A stretch of 64,000 nt of DNA. Source: Thermoanaerobaculia bacterium (lineage in GTDB: Bacteria; Acidobacteriota; Thermoanaerobaculia; Gp7-AA8). The number at the start of each line of letters is the position of its first letter. Positions within the stretch are counted from its first letter, which is position 1. Below the pieces are notes generated by a model. The model saw only the letters and a list, made by a program, of their open reading frames with translations, made no database searches and was not told where the DNA came from. This document shows, piece after piece, positions 10,696 through 20,651 of the stretch. Location: the NCBI GenBank assembly GCA_035629395.1, contig DASPHZ010000014.1:5115-69114 (forward strand), given 5' to 3'. The translations under genes and the position numbers were made by a program.

Positions 10696-11157
10696 GTGCT
10701 CACCGCATATCGCATCGTCAAGGCGCGCTACGCGGACGACGCGTTCGCCGGCATCGCTTCGAGGCGCCACGGCGGACGCTGGAACCCTCCCGGCATCCCC
10801 ATCGTGTATACGTCCGCGACGATCTCGCTCGCGGCCCTCGAAACTCTCGCGCACATCGAAAGCACGGTACTCAACGAGTTCGTCGTCATCCAGTGCTGGT
10901 TTCCCGAGGTGCTCGTCGAAGCGATCGAGCTCGCGACTCTACCCGACGGCTGGAGCGCCGTCCCTCCACCCGCAACATTGCAGCAAATCGGATATGAGTG
11001 GTTCACACGCCGCACGTCCGCGGTGCTGCAGGTACCGAGCGTCGTCGTCGATGGACGAGAGTCGAACTATCTGCTCAACCCGGAGCACGAAGACTTCCGC
11101 TCGATCGACATCGGCAGCCCGCAGCCATTCCTCTTCGACTATCGCCTGTTCACTTGA
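10696..11157 (+). CDS. RES-domain toxin (MbcT/ParT-like NAD+-targeting toxin)
   Basis: 153 aa. Conserved R (RRHGGRWNPPG), S (YTSATISLAALE) and E (HIES/EFVV) blocks of RES domains. Its size and position after the Xre antitoxin fit. Confidence 0.8.
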   Translation: MLTAYRIVKARYADDAFAGIASRRHGGRWNPPGIPIVYTSATISLAALETLAHIESTVLNEFVVIQCWFPEVLVEAIELATLPDGWSAVPPPATLQQIGYEWFTRRTSAVLQVPSVVVDGRESNYLLNPEHEDFRSIDIGSPQPFLFDYRLFT

Positions 11158-11804
11158 CCCACCACCCGCCGCGCCGCGAGCATCGCGGGGACGTAGTCCC
11201 GCGTCTCACCGGGGAGCTGGTCCCAGATGCGGTAGTAGTCCGCGTCCGTGCCGGACTCGCGTCCCGTCGCCTCGGTCATGATGCGGGCGACGCGGTTTTC
11301 GCCGGTGTTGTACGCGGCGGCGGCGAGGTACCAGGAGCCGAAGCGGTTGTAGAGCTGCGCCAGATACGTCAGCGCGGCGTCGGTCGATTTCTCGGGGTCG
11401 ATGCGGTCGTCGACGGTTTCGTCGACGCGCAGGCCGTAGCGGCGGGCGGTGTCGGGGACGAGTTGCCAGATGCCGCGGGCATCGGCGGCCGAATGCGCCT
11501 CGGGGTTGAGTCCCGATTCGATCATCGCCAGGTACACGAGATCCTCGGGCATGCCTTTGCGGCGCAGTTTCTCGCGGATCATCGGCGCGTACTGCGGCAT
11601 GCGCTCGACGTACGTCGCGAACTCGGCAGCCTTCTCGCCGGTGGTGAAGCGGGCGACGTGGTACTCGACCCGCTCGTGCGGGAGGTCGGCGAGCTGATCG
11701 CGAGCCGCGGCGGGCGCGGCAGGAGTGGTGGACGGAGCCGAGGTGGTGGATGCAGGGGCGGTGGCGCAGGAAACGAAGAGGAGTGCGAAAAGAGCGCGCT
11801 TCAT
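11139..11804 (-). CDS. Lytic transglycosylase lipoprotein (SLT domain)
   Basis: Lipobox LFVSCA; SLT catalytic motif LAMIESGLNPEAHSAADARGIWQL...YNTG. Confidence 0.8.
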   Translation of the reverse strand: MKRALFALLFVSCATAPASTTSAPSTTPAAPAAARDQLADLPHERVEYHVARFTTGEKAAEFATYVERMPQYAPMIREKLRRKGMPEDLVYLAMIESGLNPEAHSAADARGIWQLVPDTARRYGLRVDETVDDRIDPEKSTDAALTYLAQLYNRFGSWYLAAAAYNTGENRVARIMTEATGRESGTDADYYRIWDQLPGETRDYVPAMLAARRVVGQVNRR

Positions 11805-11823
11805 GAGCAGAAAGAGCGCCAGA

Positions 11824-13317
11824 TCACCTCACCCACCCGTACTGCGTGTTCGACGGCAACCCGCCCGCGGCCCTGTACGTCTGCCGCAGCTTCGTCAGCG
11901 CGTCGTTCGGCAGCGCCCGCAGTTTCGCGGCGGGATCGATGCGATAGATCTTCGCCGCGGAAAGGCCGAACACCTTGCGCTTCACCTCGTCCGTCAGCGG
12001 CTTGAAGCCGAAGCGCTGCATGTACTCCTCCGGCATCTGCAGGCGCCGGAACGCCTCGATCTGCCACTGCGGTGAGCCCCACCAGATCGAGTCCGTCCCC
12101 CACAGCACGTGATCGTCGCCGAACGCGTCGAGCATCATGCCGACGATGTACGCCGCCGCGCGAGGATGCGTCACCGCGACCATGCCGAACGTCGTCCCCA
12201 GTTCCATGTACACGTTCGTCATGCGCGGATTCTGCTTCCGCGCCTCGCACAGATCGGAGATCCACGGCACGTACGTCGTCGTCCTGAAATCATCCTCGGC
12301 CGCCTTCAGCAGATCCTGAATGCCGCGGAAGGCGGCGTGGTAGATGAGGAAGTTCATGTCCGGAAAATCGAGCGCCGCCTTCGGCACGTCGCGCGGGCTG
12401 CTGTGCTCCATGTCCCAGACCGGCAGCGGCAAGCCTTTGTGGACGCAGATGGTCTTGATGCCCACGCGCCGCGAATACTCGTACGCCGGATACGCAACCT
12501 TCTCGTCGTCCATCCACCACCCCCGCCCGTCGTCCGCGAGCGGCTGGCCGGGATAGCCCTTCCACGCCTCGATCTTCAGTTGCTCGACCTGGCGCTGCAT
12601 CTCTTCCATGTTCTGCGTGCCGAGGTCGGGGGAGAAGAGACCGTGGGCGATGAGACGCTGCGAGCGCGCGAGGCCATTCACCTGCGCCCGCGTTTCCACC
12701 ATGTCTGCAGCGGGTAGAACATTTTGACTTTCGGTGCGCGAGGGGAGACCGGTAATGACCGCGACGACGGTGTCGCTGTCGAGGAAGATCTCCTTCACGT
12801 AATTGGCGAGATAGAGGTCGTCCCGTGCGTGCGCGCGTCCTTTGAGCGCCTCGTTGCCCATCATCCCGCCGAACTCGCGGTAGCGCAGCAGCGGCGGCAT
12901 CTCGATGACGCGTCCCGCGGCGACGTGATGGGTCTGGACGTCGAAGATGAACTCCTGCTTCGGCCTTTTTTCCGCCGTCGCCCCCGGCTCCGTCACTTCG
13001 GCCGGATCGACGTCGAACGAGCGGCAGCCGAACACCGCGTTCATCGCCAGGAACGCCGCCGCCATGCCGCCGCTGCTCGCGAGAAAGTGCCGCCGCGACA
13101 CCCCCAGCTTCTTCGCCGCCCCATCCGCGATCTCGTTGAGCTTCGCCTCGACGCGCTGCTGCTCCGGCGTCTGCGCGATCGGGATGAACTCCTCGTTCGA
13201 GACGATCTGCGTCGGGATCGGGAGGAACGTGTTGCGGACCGCGTCGACGTCGCACTTGCGCAGCAGTTTCTTCATGCGCCCCAGTGTCGTGCCGCGCATC
13301 GGCGGCGTTCGCGACAA
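11824..13317 (-). CDS. Amidohydrolase-family metal-dependent hydrolase with Tat signal (RRHFLASSGGMAAAFL)
   Basis: Twin-arginine motif; TIM-barrel amidohydrolase-like length (~480 aa); His/Asp-rich blocks. The start could be M15 (MKKLL). Confidence 0.65.
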   Translation of the reverse strand: MSRTPPMRGTTLGRMKKLLRKCDVDAVRNTFLPIPTQIVSNEEFIPIAQTPEQQRVEAKLNEIADGAAKKLGVSRRHFLASSGGMAAAFLAMNAVFGCRSFDVDPAEVTEPGATAEKRPKQEFIFDVQTHHVAAGRVIEMPPLLRYREFGGMMGNEALKGRAHARDDLYLANYVKEIFLDSDTVVAVITGLPSRTESQNVLPAADMVETRAQVNGLARSQRLIAHGLFSPDLGTQNMEEMQRQVEQLKIEAWKGYPGQPLADDGRGWWMDDEKVAYPAYEYSRRVGIKTICVHKGLPLPVWDMEHSSPRDVPKAALDFPDMNFLIYHAAFRGIQDLLKAAEDDFRTTTYVPWISDLCEARKQNPRMTNVYMELGTTFGMVAVTHPRAAAYIVGMMLDAFGDDHVLWGTDSIWWGSPQWQIEAFRRLQMPEEYMQRFGFKPLTDEVKRKVFGLSAAKIYRIDPAAKLRALPNDALTKLRQTYRAAGGLPSNTQYGWVR

Positions 13318-13330
13318 AGGGATGAACGGT

Positions 13331-14419
13331 CTAGCCCGGAACGGGAACGGCCGCCGGAAGGGAGATCGTGAACACGGAGCCCTGGCCGACGACGCTCTCC
13401 GCGGTCAGCTCTCCGTCCATCGCGCGGGCGAGCTCGCGGGCGATCGCGAGCCCCAGGCCGACTCCACGCTGCGTGGACTCGGTACGCTCCGGATCGAGCT
13501 GTACGAACGGCTCGAAGACGGTCTCGAGCTGCTCGCGCGGGATGCCGACGCCGGAGTCGCGCACGTGAATCCGCACGTTGCTCTCGTCGCGCTCCCCCAG
13601 AATCGCGATCGTGCCGCCCGGCGGCATGAACTTGATGGCGTTGGTGACGAGATTCAGCAGCACCTGCTGGAAGCGGTCGGGGTCGGCGTGCACGAATACG
13701 TCCTCCGCGCAGTCGACGGCGAGTGCGTGTCCCGCCTCCGCGATGCGCTCCCGCAGCAGACGTTCGGTCTGCGCGATCGCCTCCGCCACGCGCACGGGTT
13801 TCACGGCGACTTCGACGTGTCCGGACTCGAGCTTCGCGAACGAGAGGATGTCGTTGATCATCCGCAACTGCGTCGTGCACGCCTCGCGGATCCGCGCGAT
13901 CGCATCCGCCTGCGCCTCGTTCAGCGGCCCATGCATGCCGCCGGCGAGCAGCGCCGCGTTGCCGGAGATCGACGTCAGCGGATTGCGCAGGTCGTGCGAC
14001 ATCATCGAGAGGAACTTCGCTTTCGCCGCATTCGCGCGATCCGCCGCGCGGCGTGCTTCGAGCAATTCGCTCTCGTACTGGAACCGCTGCTGCATCCGCA
14101 CGAAGACGCAGTCGCTGACGAATGCGCCATTGCGCTCGCGACGCAGAGCGTGCATCAGCATCGGCACGTCGGTGCCGTCTTTCGCACGCAGCGTGAGGTA
14201 GATCTCCTCCACGCGCCCTTTCATCTTCAGCAGAGGAAAGAGGTGCGTCTGGTAGAACACGCGTGCGCCGGGCGAAAGGAGTTTCTGCACGTGCCAGCCC
14301 AGGAGCTCGATGCGGGTGGCGCCGAGCTGCGTGGCCAGTGTCGTGTTGATCTCCAGGATCGTGCCGTCGTCCCCCAGCGAGACGAAACCGCAAGGCGCCT
14401 GGTCGAGCAGCGGTTCCAC
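13331..14419 (-). CDS. Cytoplasmic PAS-domain sensor histidine kinase (HisKA + HATPase_c)
   Basis: H-box FLSMMSHDLRNPL; N box LVTNAIKF; G boxes DSGVGIP and GVGLGL; N-terminal PAS-like domain; no TM segments. Confidence 0.8.
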   Translation of the reverse strand: MEPLLDQAPCGFVSLGDDGTILEINTTLATQLGATRIELLGWHVQKLLSPGARVFYQTHLFPLLKMKGRVEEIYLTLRAKDGTDVPMLMHALRRERNGAFVSDCVFVRMQQRFQYESELLEARRAADRANAAKAKFLSMMSHDLRNPLTSISGNAALLAGGMHGPLNEAQADAIARIREACTTQLRMINDILSFAKLESGHVEVAVKPVRVAEAIAQTERLLRERIAEAGHALAVDCAEDVFVHADPDRFQQVLLNLVTNAIKFMPPGGTIAILGERDESNVRIHVRDSGVGIPREQLETVFEPFVQLDPERTESTQRGVGLGLAIARELARAMDGELTAESVVGQGSVFTISLPAAVPVPG

Positions 14420-14420
14420 C

Positions 14421-15221
14421 TCAGGCCCCCGCCAGATACTCCTTCATGAGCGAGATGGTCTCCTCGGGATGGCTGACATGCGGGCAGTGTCCCGTAGCCT
14501 TCATCAACCGCAACGTGCTCTCCGGCGTCACGCGGTGGACATACCGCCCCACCTCCGTGGGCGCAATCGCATCCTCGGCGCACTGCAGGATCAGCGACGG
14601 CACGCGCACGCTCTCGAGATCGCTGCGGTTGTCGGAGAAGAACGTCGCCTCCGCGAATCGCCGCGCGAGCTTCGGATCCGTCGAGCAGAAACTCTCGTGC
14701 AGTTCCTCCGTGAGCTCGGGCCGTTCGGGGTTCTTCATGATCACCGGCGCGAGGAACGTCGCCCAGCCGATGAAGTTCTTGTCCATGAGGTCGAGCAGCC
14801 CTTCGATGTCCTCGCGGGCGAAGCCGCCGTGATACTCGGCGTCGTTGATGTAGCGCGGCGACGGGCCGACCATGATCAGTTTCGCGAACCGCTCCGGCTC
14901 GCGGCCCGCGGCAAGCACGCCCACCATGCTGCTGACGGAGTGGCCGACGAAGATCACGTCGCGCAGGTCGAGCGCTTCGCAGATCTCGAGCACGTCCTGC
15001 GCATAACCGTCGAGCGTCGCGTACCGCTCTTCGTCGTACGCGGAGAGATCGGAGTGGCCGCAGCCGACGTAGTCGAAGAGAACGAGGCGGTAGTCGGCTT
15101 CGAACGCGGGCGTCAGAAAGCGCCACATGTTCTGGTCACAGCCGAAGCCGTGAGCGAACAGCATCGGCTGCGAGCCGCGGCCGAAAACTTTGACGTTGTT
15201 GCGGGCGAGAATGTCAGTCAT
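14421..15221 (-). CDS. RsbQ/D14/KAI2-family alpha/beta hydrolase
   Basis: 266 aa. Nucleophile elbow VGHSVSSM is identical in type to RsbQ/D14/KAI2 (GHSVSAM). Acid (AEDAIAP) and His ([11 protein letters not shown]) complete the triad. Its stop abuts the kinase start (1-nt gap). Confidence 0.85.
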   Translation of the reverse strand: MTDILARNNVKVFGRGSQPMLFAHGFGCDQNMWRFLTPAFEADYRLVLFDYVGCGHSDLSAYDEERYATLDGYAQDVLEICEALDLRDVIFVGHSVSSMVGVLAAGREPERFAKLIMVGPSPRYINDAEYHGGFAREDIEGLLDLMDKNFIGWATFLAPVIMKNPERPELTEELHESFCSTDPKLARRFAEATFFSDNRSDLESVRVPSLILQCAEDAIAPTEVGRYVHRVTPESTLRLMKATGHCPHVSHPEETISLMKEYLAGA

Positions 15222-15241
15222 CGCCCGCGATCCTATCCGAA

Positions 15242-16876
15242 TTATCTGACTGCCGGGAGCACGTACTGGGGGACGTACTGCCGCTGCGGCACGAACGTCG
15301 CCGGATCGGCGTAGTTGCCGCCGAAAAAGACCACTGCCAGACCGAGCTCAGGGATGCCCATCGAGACCTGGCCGCCGTTCCCGCCGGCAAAATACGCACG
15401 CACTTTGCGGTCGCGGTACGGGAACTCCATCGACCACCATTGATAGCCGTACTGGATGCCGGACAGCTCGTAACGCGGCTTCCACGACGCGCGCACCCAC
15501 TCCGCGCTGACGATCTGTTTTCCGCGCCACTTGCCGCCGTCGAGCATGACCTGGGCAAGCTTGAGGAAATCGCGCGCGCGCAGACGCATGCTGCCGCCCA
15601 TGTAGGCTTCGCCGAGGGGCATGAGCGGGATGGCGTAGCGGCCGAATTGCAGCGGGGCGGCGAGCTTTTCGTGGAAGAGCTCGGGCAGCCAGCGGCCGGT
15701 CTGTTTCGCGACGACGGCGCCGGCGAGATTCGTGTTGATGCTGCAGTACACGGCCGTCTCGCCGGGCGCGCGAATCATGTTCAGTCGCAACGAGTACGCG
15801 ATCTGGTCTTCCTGCTCGGCGACGTTGTCCTCGGCACCGGGCGATTGCGAGTCGCTGTCGTCGCAATCGAGCCCCGAGGCCATGTTGAGGAGATGCTCGA
15901 GCGTCATCGACTGCGCACGCGCGTCGTTCGTCGGCGTCTGCATTGCCGCGTAGACCTTCGTCGACGCGGGGATGTTCGCCGCGCCGGCGAGCATCGAGGC
16001 GACGCTCTTCGCGGCCGAGCGGAGGTCGTGGATCTCCTCGCGATGCGAGCCGTGAAAGTACTCCTCGAGCACGAGCCTGCCGTTGCGCGCGAGGAGCACG
16101 GCGTGAACCTGCTGCGAGCCGAGGGTATCGACGGGATTGTCGAGGATCATCTGCAGGAACTTCGCGAGCGCGGCGCGATCGAGGCCGGCGTCTTCGACGG
16201 TCGCCACGGGCCAGCCGTCGTCTTCGAGCGGCGGTTTGCGATACGCGTATCTGCTGTTCTTCGCGCGCGGATAGAACCGCGCTTCCTCCGCGGGAGTGGC
16301 GCGCTGCAAGTCGTACCAGCCGCCGCGCGCGGGGAAGGCGAGCTGGTCGTCAACGTATTGACCTTCCGTCGAGAACGCGGCGGGGCCGGTGAGCTTCACC
16401 TCCGTTCCGTCGACGGTGATCGCGTCGACGCGCTGAAAGCGGCCGAAGTTGCGCTCGGGATTGCGGAAGAACGTCGCCAGCGTGCCGTCCTCCTTGCGCG
16501 TGACGGGGAGAAAGAGCGTGAGCGTGTCGGCCATCGGCTCGACGTTGCCGCGCCAGCGGTTCGGGCGCTGTTTTTCGAGCGTGACCGGCGTGGCGAAGCG
16601 CGTGCCGGTCAACTGCGTATGCGGCTGGATCCAGTGGCCGGTGATGCGGTCGTGCTGGATCCGGCCGCGGAACGTGCCTTCTTCGTGCGGCAGGTCGAAC
16701 GTGACGCGGTCCTGTTCGACGCGCACGGCGGCTTCGCGTCCGGCGATCTCGGCACGCCAGGCGTCCCCGTCCTTTTCGATGGTCAGCATGCCGTGCACCT
16801 CGGGGCCGAACGATTTCTTCGCATGCCAGAGGCCGGTCACGTCTGCAAGCAAAACGATGAGTGCGAGCGCTTTCAT
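15242..16876 (-). CDS. Exported serine hydrolase of the beta-lactamase/PBP4-like fold
   Basis: Signal peptide [10 protein letters not shown]; SxxK motif (SAAKSV) and the beta-lactamase fold in the C-terminal half. It forms the distal 544 codons of the artefactual 1028-aa ORF 15242..18328. Confidence 0.75.
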   Translation of the reverse strand: MKALALIVLLADVTGLWHAKKSFGPEVHGMLTIEKDGDAWRAEIAGREAAVRVEQDRVTFDLPHEEGTFRGRIQHDRITGHWIQPHTQLTGTRFATPVTLEKQRPNRWRGNVEPMADTLTLFLPVTRKEDGTLATFFRNPERNFGRFQRVDAITVDGTEVKLTGPAAFSTEGQYVDDQLAFPARGGWYDLQRATPAEEARFYPRAKNSRYAYRKPPLEDDGWPVATVEDAGLDRAALAKFLQMILDNPVDTLGSQQVHAVLLARNGRLVLEEYFHGSHREEIHDLRSAAKSVASMLAGAANIPASTKVYAAMQTPTNDARAQSMTLEHLLNMASGLDCDDSDSQSPGAEDNVAEQEDQIAYSLRLNMIRAPGETAVYCSINTNLAGAVVAKQTGRWLPELFHEKLAAPLQFGRYAIPLMPLGEAYMGGSMRLRARDFLKLAQVMLDGGKWRGKQIVSAEWVRASWKPRYELSGIQYGYQWWSMEFPYRDRKVRAYFAGGNGGQVSMGIPELGLAVVFFGGNYADPATFVPQRQYVPQYVLPAVR

Positions 16877-16883
16877 GGCGTCA

Positions 16884-17674
16884 TCATCGGGACGTTGCAC
16901 GCGCACCGTCTTGTGCGCGCGGAACGTGTTTGTCGCGGCGGAACGCTGCGGGCGTCGTGCCGGTGGCGCGGCGGAACGCGTGCGTGAGCTGGCTCTGGTC
17001 GGAGAATCCGGTTTCGAGTGCGAGCTCGGCGAGCGGGAGGTCGGTCGTGGTGAGGAGAGCGCGCACGCGGTCGATGCGGCAGCGGCGGAGGTACTCGCCC
17101 GGCGAGCAGTCGAAGTACTGACGAAACGCGCGCGCGAGGTGGATGGGATGGACGCGCGCTTCGCGGGCGAGCTCGCGGATCGCGACACGTTCGGTGCAGC
17201 GGTCGTGCAGCGCGTCGCGCACCTGCAGCAGCCAGCGCGGCGCACGTCGGTCCGGATGCGCGAGGCTGCGCGCGAGAAGTCCCGCGAGCTCGAGGCCGAG
17301 TCCTTCGAGGACGAGGTCGGAGAAGGTGGCGGACTGACGCAATTCGCGGCGGGATGGATGGATTCGATGCGGTGGGCGATTTCGGGAACGAAGGAGACGG
17401 CGAAGAATCGTCCGAGGTCGGTGCGGAAGCGGTCGCGATGCGTGGTGCCGGCGGGATTGAAGATGAGCGCGCCCGCGCCGCACTCCCCTTTCCGGTTGCG
17501 CGCTTCGGTCACATACGTGCCGCGCACGACGAAAACGAGATGCGCGACGTCGTGCGTGTGCCGCGGCACTTCCGCGTCCGGGACACGGGCGATGCGCTCG
17601 GCGTATTCGAAGGAAGCAGTGCGCAGCTCTCGCTCCGCGCCACCGAAGAAGGCAGCCCACTCGCGCGAGTACAT
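16884..17674 (-). pseudogene. AraC-family transcriptional regulator interrupted by a single-base frameshift near 17340-17355 (could be a sequencing error)
   Basis: The N-terminal cupin part (MYSREWAAFF...FAVSFVPEIAHRIESIHPAA) is in one frame. The C-terminal AraC HTH (VAIRELAREARVHPIHLARAFRQY...FSDQSQLTHAFRR) is in another. The combined length of ~263 aa is typical. Confidence 0.6.
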
Positions 17675-17851
17675 GCACTGATGTACGTGCGGGACACGGG
17701 GAAGTTGGGCCGGCGCCGGCGGCTCGGTGGAAACACGTGCGGTCGCGGGGAACGCACAGTGCTCCCGTGTGGCGTGCGTTCCGGCCTGGCCAACCAGCGC
17801 TGCCGGCCGCCCCGGCCCACGTCGGGGTCCCGCTCCGGTACGATCGCGCGA

Positions 17852-18517
17852 ATGATTCCGTGGACCCTGCTCGACACCGCGGTCATCCCGGGCGACGGCG
17901 GCGAGATGCGCCTGTACCAGCGCGGCGACGAGTACTCGATCCGCGTCGGGCCGTACGAACTGATGAACAGCCGCGTCCACGCATCGGAGGATGCGCTGGC
18001 GGAGCTCGTGTGCGAGCGCATGGGTGGCAGCAACAGGCGCGTACTCATCGGCGGACTGGGGATGGGGTTCACGCTGACCGCCGTGTTGCAACGCATCGAT
18101 GCGAAGAGCGAAGCGATCGTCGCGGAGCTCGTTCCTGCGGTCGTGGCGTGGCATCGCGGACCGTTGCGCGGCGTATCGAAAGGCGCGCTGGACGATCGGC
18201 GCGTGACCATCCGCGAAGAAGACGTCGCCAGGGTGATCGCCGACGGCGCGTACGACGCGATCCTCCTCGACGTCGACAACGGCCCCGCCGGACTCACGTC
18301 GAAACACAACGATCGCCTCTACACCCACGGCGGGCTGCGGCGCGCGTATGACGCCCTGCGTCCGAAAGGCATCCTCGCCGTCTGGTCCGGCGGTCCGGAC
18401 GACGCGTTCGTGAAGCGCCTCAGACAGACCGGCTTCACGGTCGAAGAAGTGAAGGTCCGCGGTCGCGGCGCGAAAGGCGGCCCGCGCTACGTCATCTGGC
18501 TCGCTTCACGCCCGTGA
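17852..18517 (+). CDS. Spermidine synthase-like (PABS-fold) protein, short form
   Basis: MIPWTLLDT...RVLIGGLGMGFTLTAVLQ...ILLDVDNGP resembles a polyamine aminopropyltransferase/SAM-MTase fold. Confidence 0.55.
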   Translation: MIPWTLLDTAVIPGDGGEMRLYQRGDEYSIRVGPYELMNSRVHASEDALAELVCERMGGSNRRVLIGGLGMGFTLTAVLQRIDAKSEAIVAELVPAVVAWHRGPLRGVSKGALDDRRVTIREEDVARVIADGAYDAILLDVDNGPAGLTSKHNDRLYTHGGLRRAYDALRPKGILAVWSGGPDDAFVKRLRQTGFTVEEVKVRGRGAKGGPRYVIWLASRP

Positions 18518-18854
18518 TCCCGTGTGCCTGCTTCAGCAGATCGCCGATCACCTTCCACGACAGCCCGCTGTCGAGACGCACGCCCAGCCAGCCCGCCTTC
18601 CCCACGTACGGCGGCACGAAGAAATGCTTCGGATCGCCTTCGACGAGCGACTGCTGGGCCCCCTCCGGCGCGTTGCACCACACCGCGACGTGACCGCTGC
18701 CGTGATGGTCGTTGTCGGTGGTGAAGAACATCCGCCCTCGGACGAAGAACGCCGCCTCGCCGTGCGAAAGCTTTTCCGTCACTCCCGGCAACGCCATGGC
18801 AATCGCGCGCACGCGCTCGATCAACTCCGCCGCGTCTACTTTCTTCCGAGCCAT
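18492..18854 (-). CDS. MmcQ/YjbR-family small DNA-binding-like protein
   Basis: 120 aa; conserved GEAAFFVRGRMFF and VGKAGWLGVRL blocks of YjbR-like proteins. Confidence 0.5.
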   Translation of the reverse strand: MARKKVDAAELIERVRAIAMALPGVTEKLSHGEAAFFVRGRMFFTTDNDHHGSGHVAVWCNAPEGAQQSLVEGDPKHFFVPPYVGKAGWLGVRLDSGLSWKVIGDLLKQAHGITGVKRAR

Positions 18855-19672
18855 GCGTTCATGATCTCCTTCGCCGGAGCGGACGGCGGTCGGTACTGCA
18901 GATCGTCGAGCGTCACCCGGATCGGCGACTGCCGCGACACCGTCGCCAGCTCCTTCGACAGCTTCGCCATCTCCGCGTGCTCCTCGAGCTTCGCGGCCAG
19001 CTTCTGATTCTTCATCCTGCCGAGGTTCTCGTAGACGCCTTCGAGGGAACCGTATTGCTGCAGCAGTTGCGCGGCCGTTTTCGGTCCCACCCCGCGTACG
19101 CCGGGAATGTTGTCCACCGCGTCGCCGGCCAGGCCGAGATAGTCCGTCATCTGCTCGGGCAGCACGCCGAACTTTGCGACGACCGCGTCGGCGTCGAACC
19201 GCAGATCGCGCGCGGGATCGACGAGCGTCGTGCGCGCATTCACGAGCTGCGCGAGATCCTTGTCGCTCGACACGACGACGTACTGCACCTTCTTCGCGTC
19301 CGTCTGCTCGATGATCGTAGCGATCAGGTCGTCCGCTTCGTGCGTCTCGTCGATGTACGCCGCGACGCCGATCGCTTCCGTCACCGCGAGCGCCGGGTCC
19401 ACCTGCGCCTCGAGCTCCGGCGGCGAGGCCTCGCGCTGCGCCTTGTAGGGCGGATAGAGGTCGTTGCGGAAACTGCCGTTGAAGTGGCGGTCGAACGCCA
19501 CGGCGATGTGCGTCGGCGTTTCGTCGGCGATGTACTTCGCGAGGAACATCGTGAAGCCGTACACGGCATTCGAGATCTTCCCTTTGCCGTCGACGATCGA
19601 TTTCGGCACGGAGAAGAACGCGCGGAAGAGATACGGACTGGCGTCGATGAGGTGAACGGTGGGCGTCGGCAT
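18836..19672 (-). CDS. 5'-3' exonuclease / flap endonuclease (PolI N-terminal-like, Xni/ExoIX family)
   Basis: VHLIDASPYLFRAFF, AVAFD, EADDLIAT, and the H3TH region GIPGVRGVGPKTAAQLL. I chose the start at MPTPTV. Confidence 0.8.
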   Translation of the reverse strand: MPTPTVHLIDASPYLFRAFFSVPKSIVDGKGKISNAVYGFTMFLAKYIADETPTHIAVAFDRHFNGSFRNDLYPPYKAQREASPPELEAQVDPALAVTEAIGVAAYIDETHEADDLIATIIEQTDAKKVQYVVVSSDKDLAQLVNARTTLVDPARDLRFDADAVVAKFGVLPEQMTDYLGLAGDAVDNIPGVRGVGPKTAAQLLQQYGSLEGVYENLGRMKNQKLAAKLEEHAEMAKLSKELATVSRQSPIRVTLDDLQYRPPSAPAKEIMNAWLGRK

Positions 19673-19700
19673 CGGATCAGATCGTGCATCGATTCCAGGC

Positions 19701-20651
19701 ATGCTGGCAATGATCGTGTTCACGGTGATGGCCTCGTGCATTCCGATCCAGCAGCCCGACGCGGTGCCGGATCATGGCTTGCGCGCAGTCGCAGGAGTGT
19801 TCGTCGATCTGGAGGACGTGGACGACTCGCCCGGAACCGTGGCCGGCGCGCTCGCGCGCGACGGCGCATGTACGGTGATCTTTCGCGCGGATGTCCCGAC
19901 GATGGAAGGGATGCGACCGTGGGTAGACGCGGCGAAGAAGGCCGGCCTGACGGTGTACGCGGGCCTGAACTACGGCAACATCTCACCTGACGATGCGCCC
20001 GGGCAATTGCGCCGATGGGCGGAGGTCGACAGGATCACGGCCGGGCAGCTGGCAGCGCTCCCGTTCGACGGGTGGTACATCGCGCGCGAGCTGTACAACT
20101 TCAGCGATTCTCCCGACGCGATTCGCACGCATTACATCGACGAGGTGATGCCGGCATTGCTGGACGGCCGCAAGGTCCTGATCTCGCCGTACTTCAATCC
20201 AGCAAACGATCGCCAGCTCCGCGGCCCGCGTGCCACCGCGGAGTTGTTCCACGCGCTGTTCGTGAACAGCGGGATCACGGCGGTGGCGCTCCAGGATCGC
20301 GTCGCCGCGCGCGTCGATCCCTGCTCCATCGGCTGTAGCTCGTGGTCCGAGGACGAGTTCATCGCCCAGGCTGCGATGTACGAGCGCGAATTCGTGGCGG
20401 CGTTCCTCGGCAGTGGAATCGAGCCGTGGATCAACATCGAATCGTACGAGTGGAGCGATGACGTCGCCACCTGGAGTCGCGTCGCAAAACAACTGCGCAT
20501 CGTCCCGCCACAGGCCGCGAAAGTGGTGACGTGGCATTACTCGGCGTTCTACGAACAGCTGCTGCACGCCGCCTATCTCCGCGACGTGCGTCCGCAGTCG
20601 TGTCCGAAACCGCGCCGCCGCGCCGTGTCGCACTATCATCGCCACCCATGA
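19701..20651 (+). CDS. Hypothetical lipoprotein (signal MLAMIVFTVMASC), possibly a glycoside-hydrolase-like TIM-barrel/DUF4434-type protein
   Basis: Lipobox and coding periodicity. A 4-nt ATGA overlap with the downstream dppA-like gene suggests an operon. Confidence 0.5.
   Translation: MLAMIVFTVMASCIPIQQPDAVPDHGLRAVAGVFVDLEDVDDSPGTVAGALARDGACTVIFRADVPTMEGMRPWVDAAKKAGLTVYAGLNYGNISPDDAPGQLRRWAEVDRITAGQLAALPFDGWYIARELYNFSDSPDAIRTHYIDEVMPALLDGRKVLISPYFNPANDRQLRGPRATAELFHALFVNSGITAVALQDRVAARVDPCSIGCSSWSEDEFIAQAAMYEREFVAAFLGSGIEPWINIESYEWSDDVATWSRVAKQLRIVPPQAAKVVTWHYSAFYEQLLHAAYLRDVRPQSCPKPRRRAVSHYHRHP

Noticed and set aside
15242-18328. 1028-aa minus-strand ORF taken as one protein
   Set aside because: It is a fusion artefact. 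The distal 544 codons are a signal-peptide-bearing serine hydrolase. The proximal part is out-of-frame read-through across the AraC gene and the 17680-18328 region, with no coherent domain.
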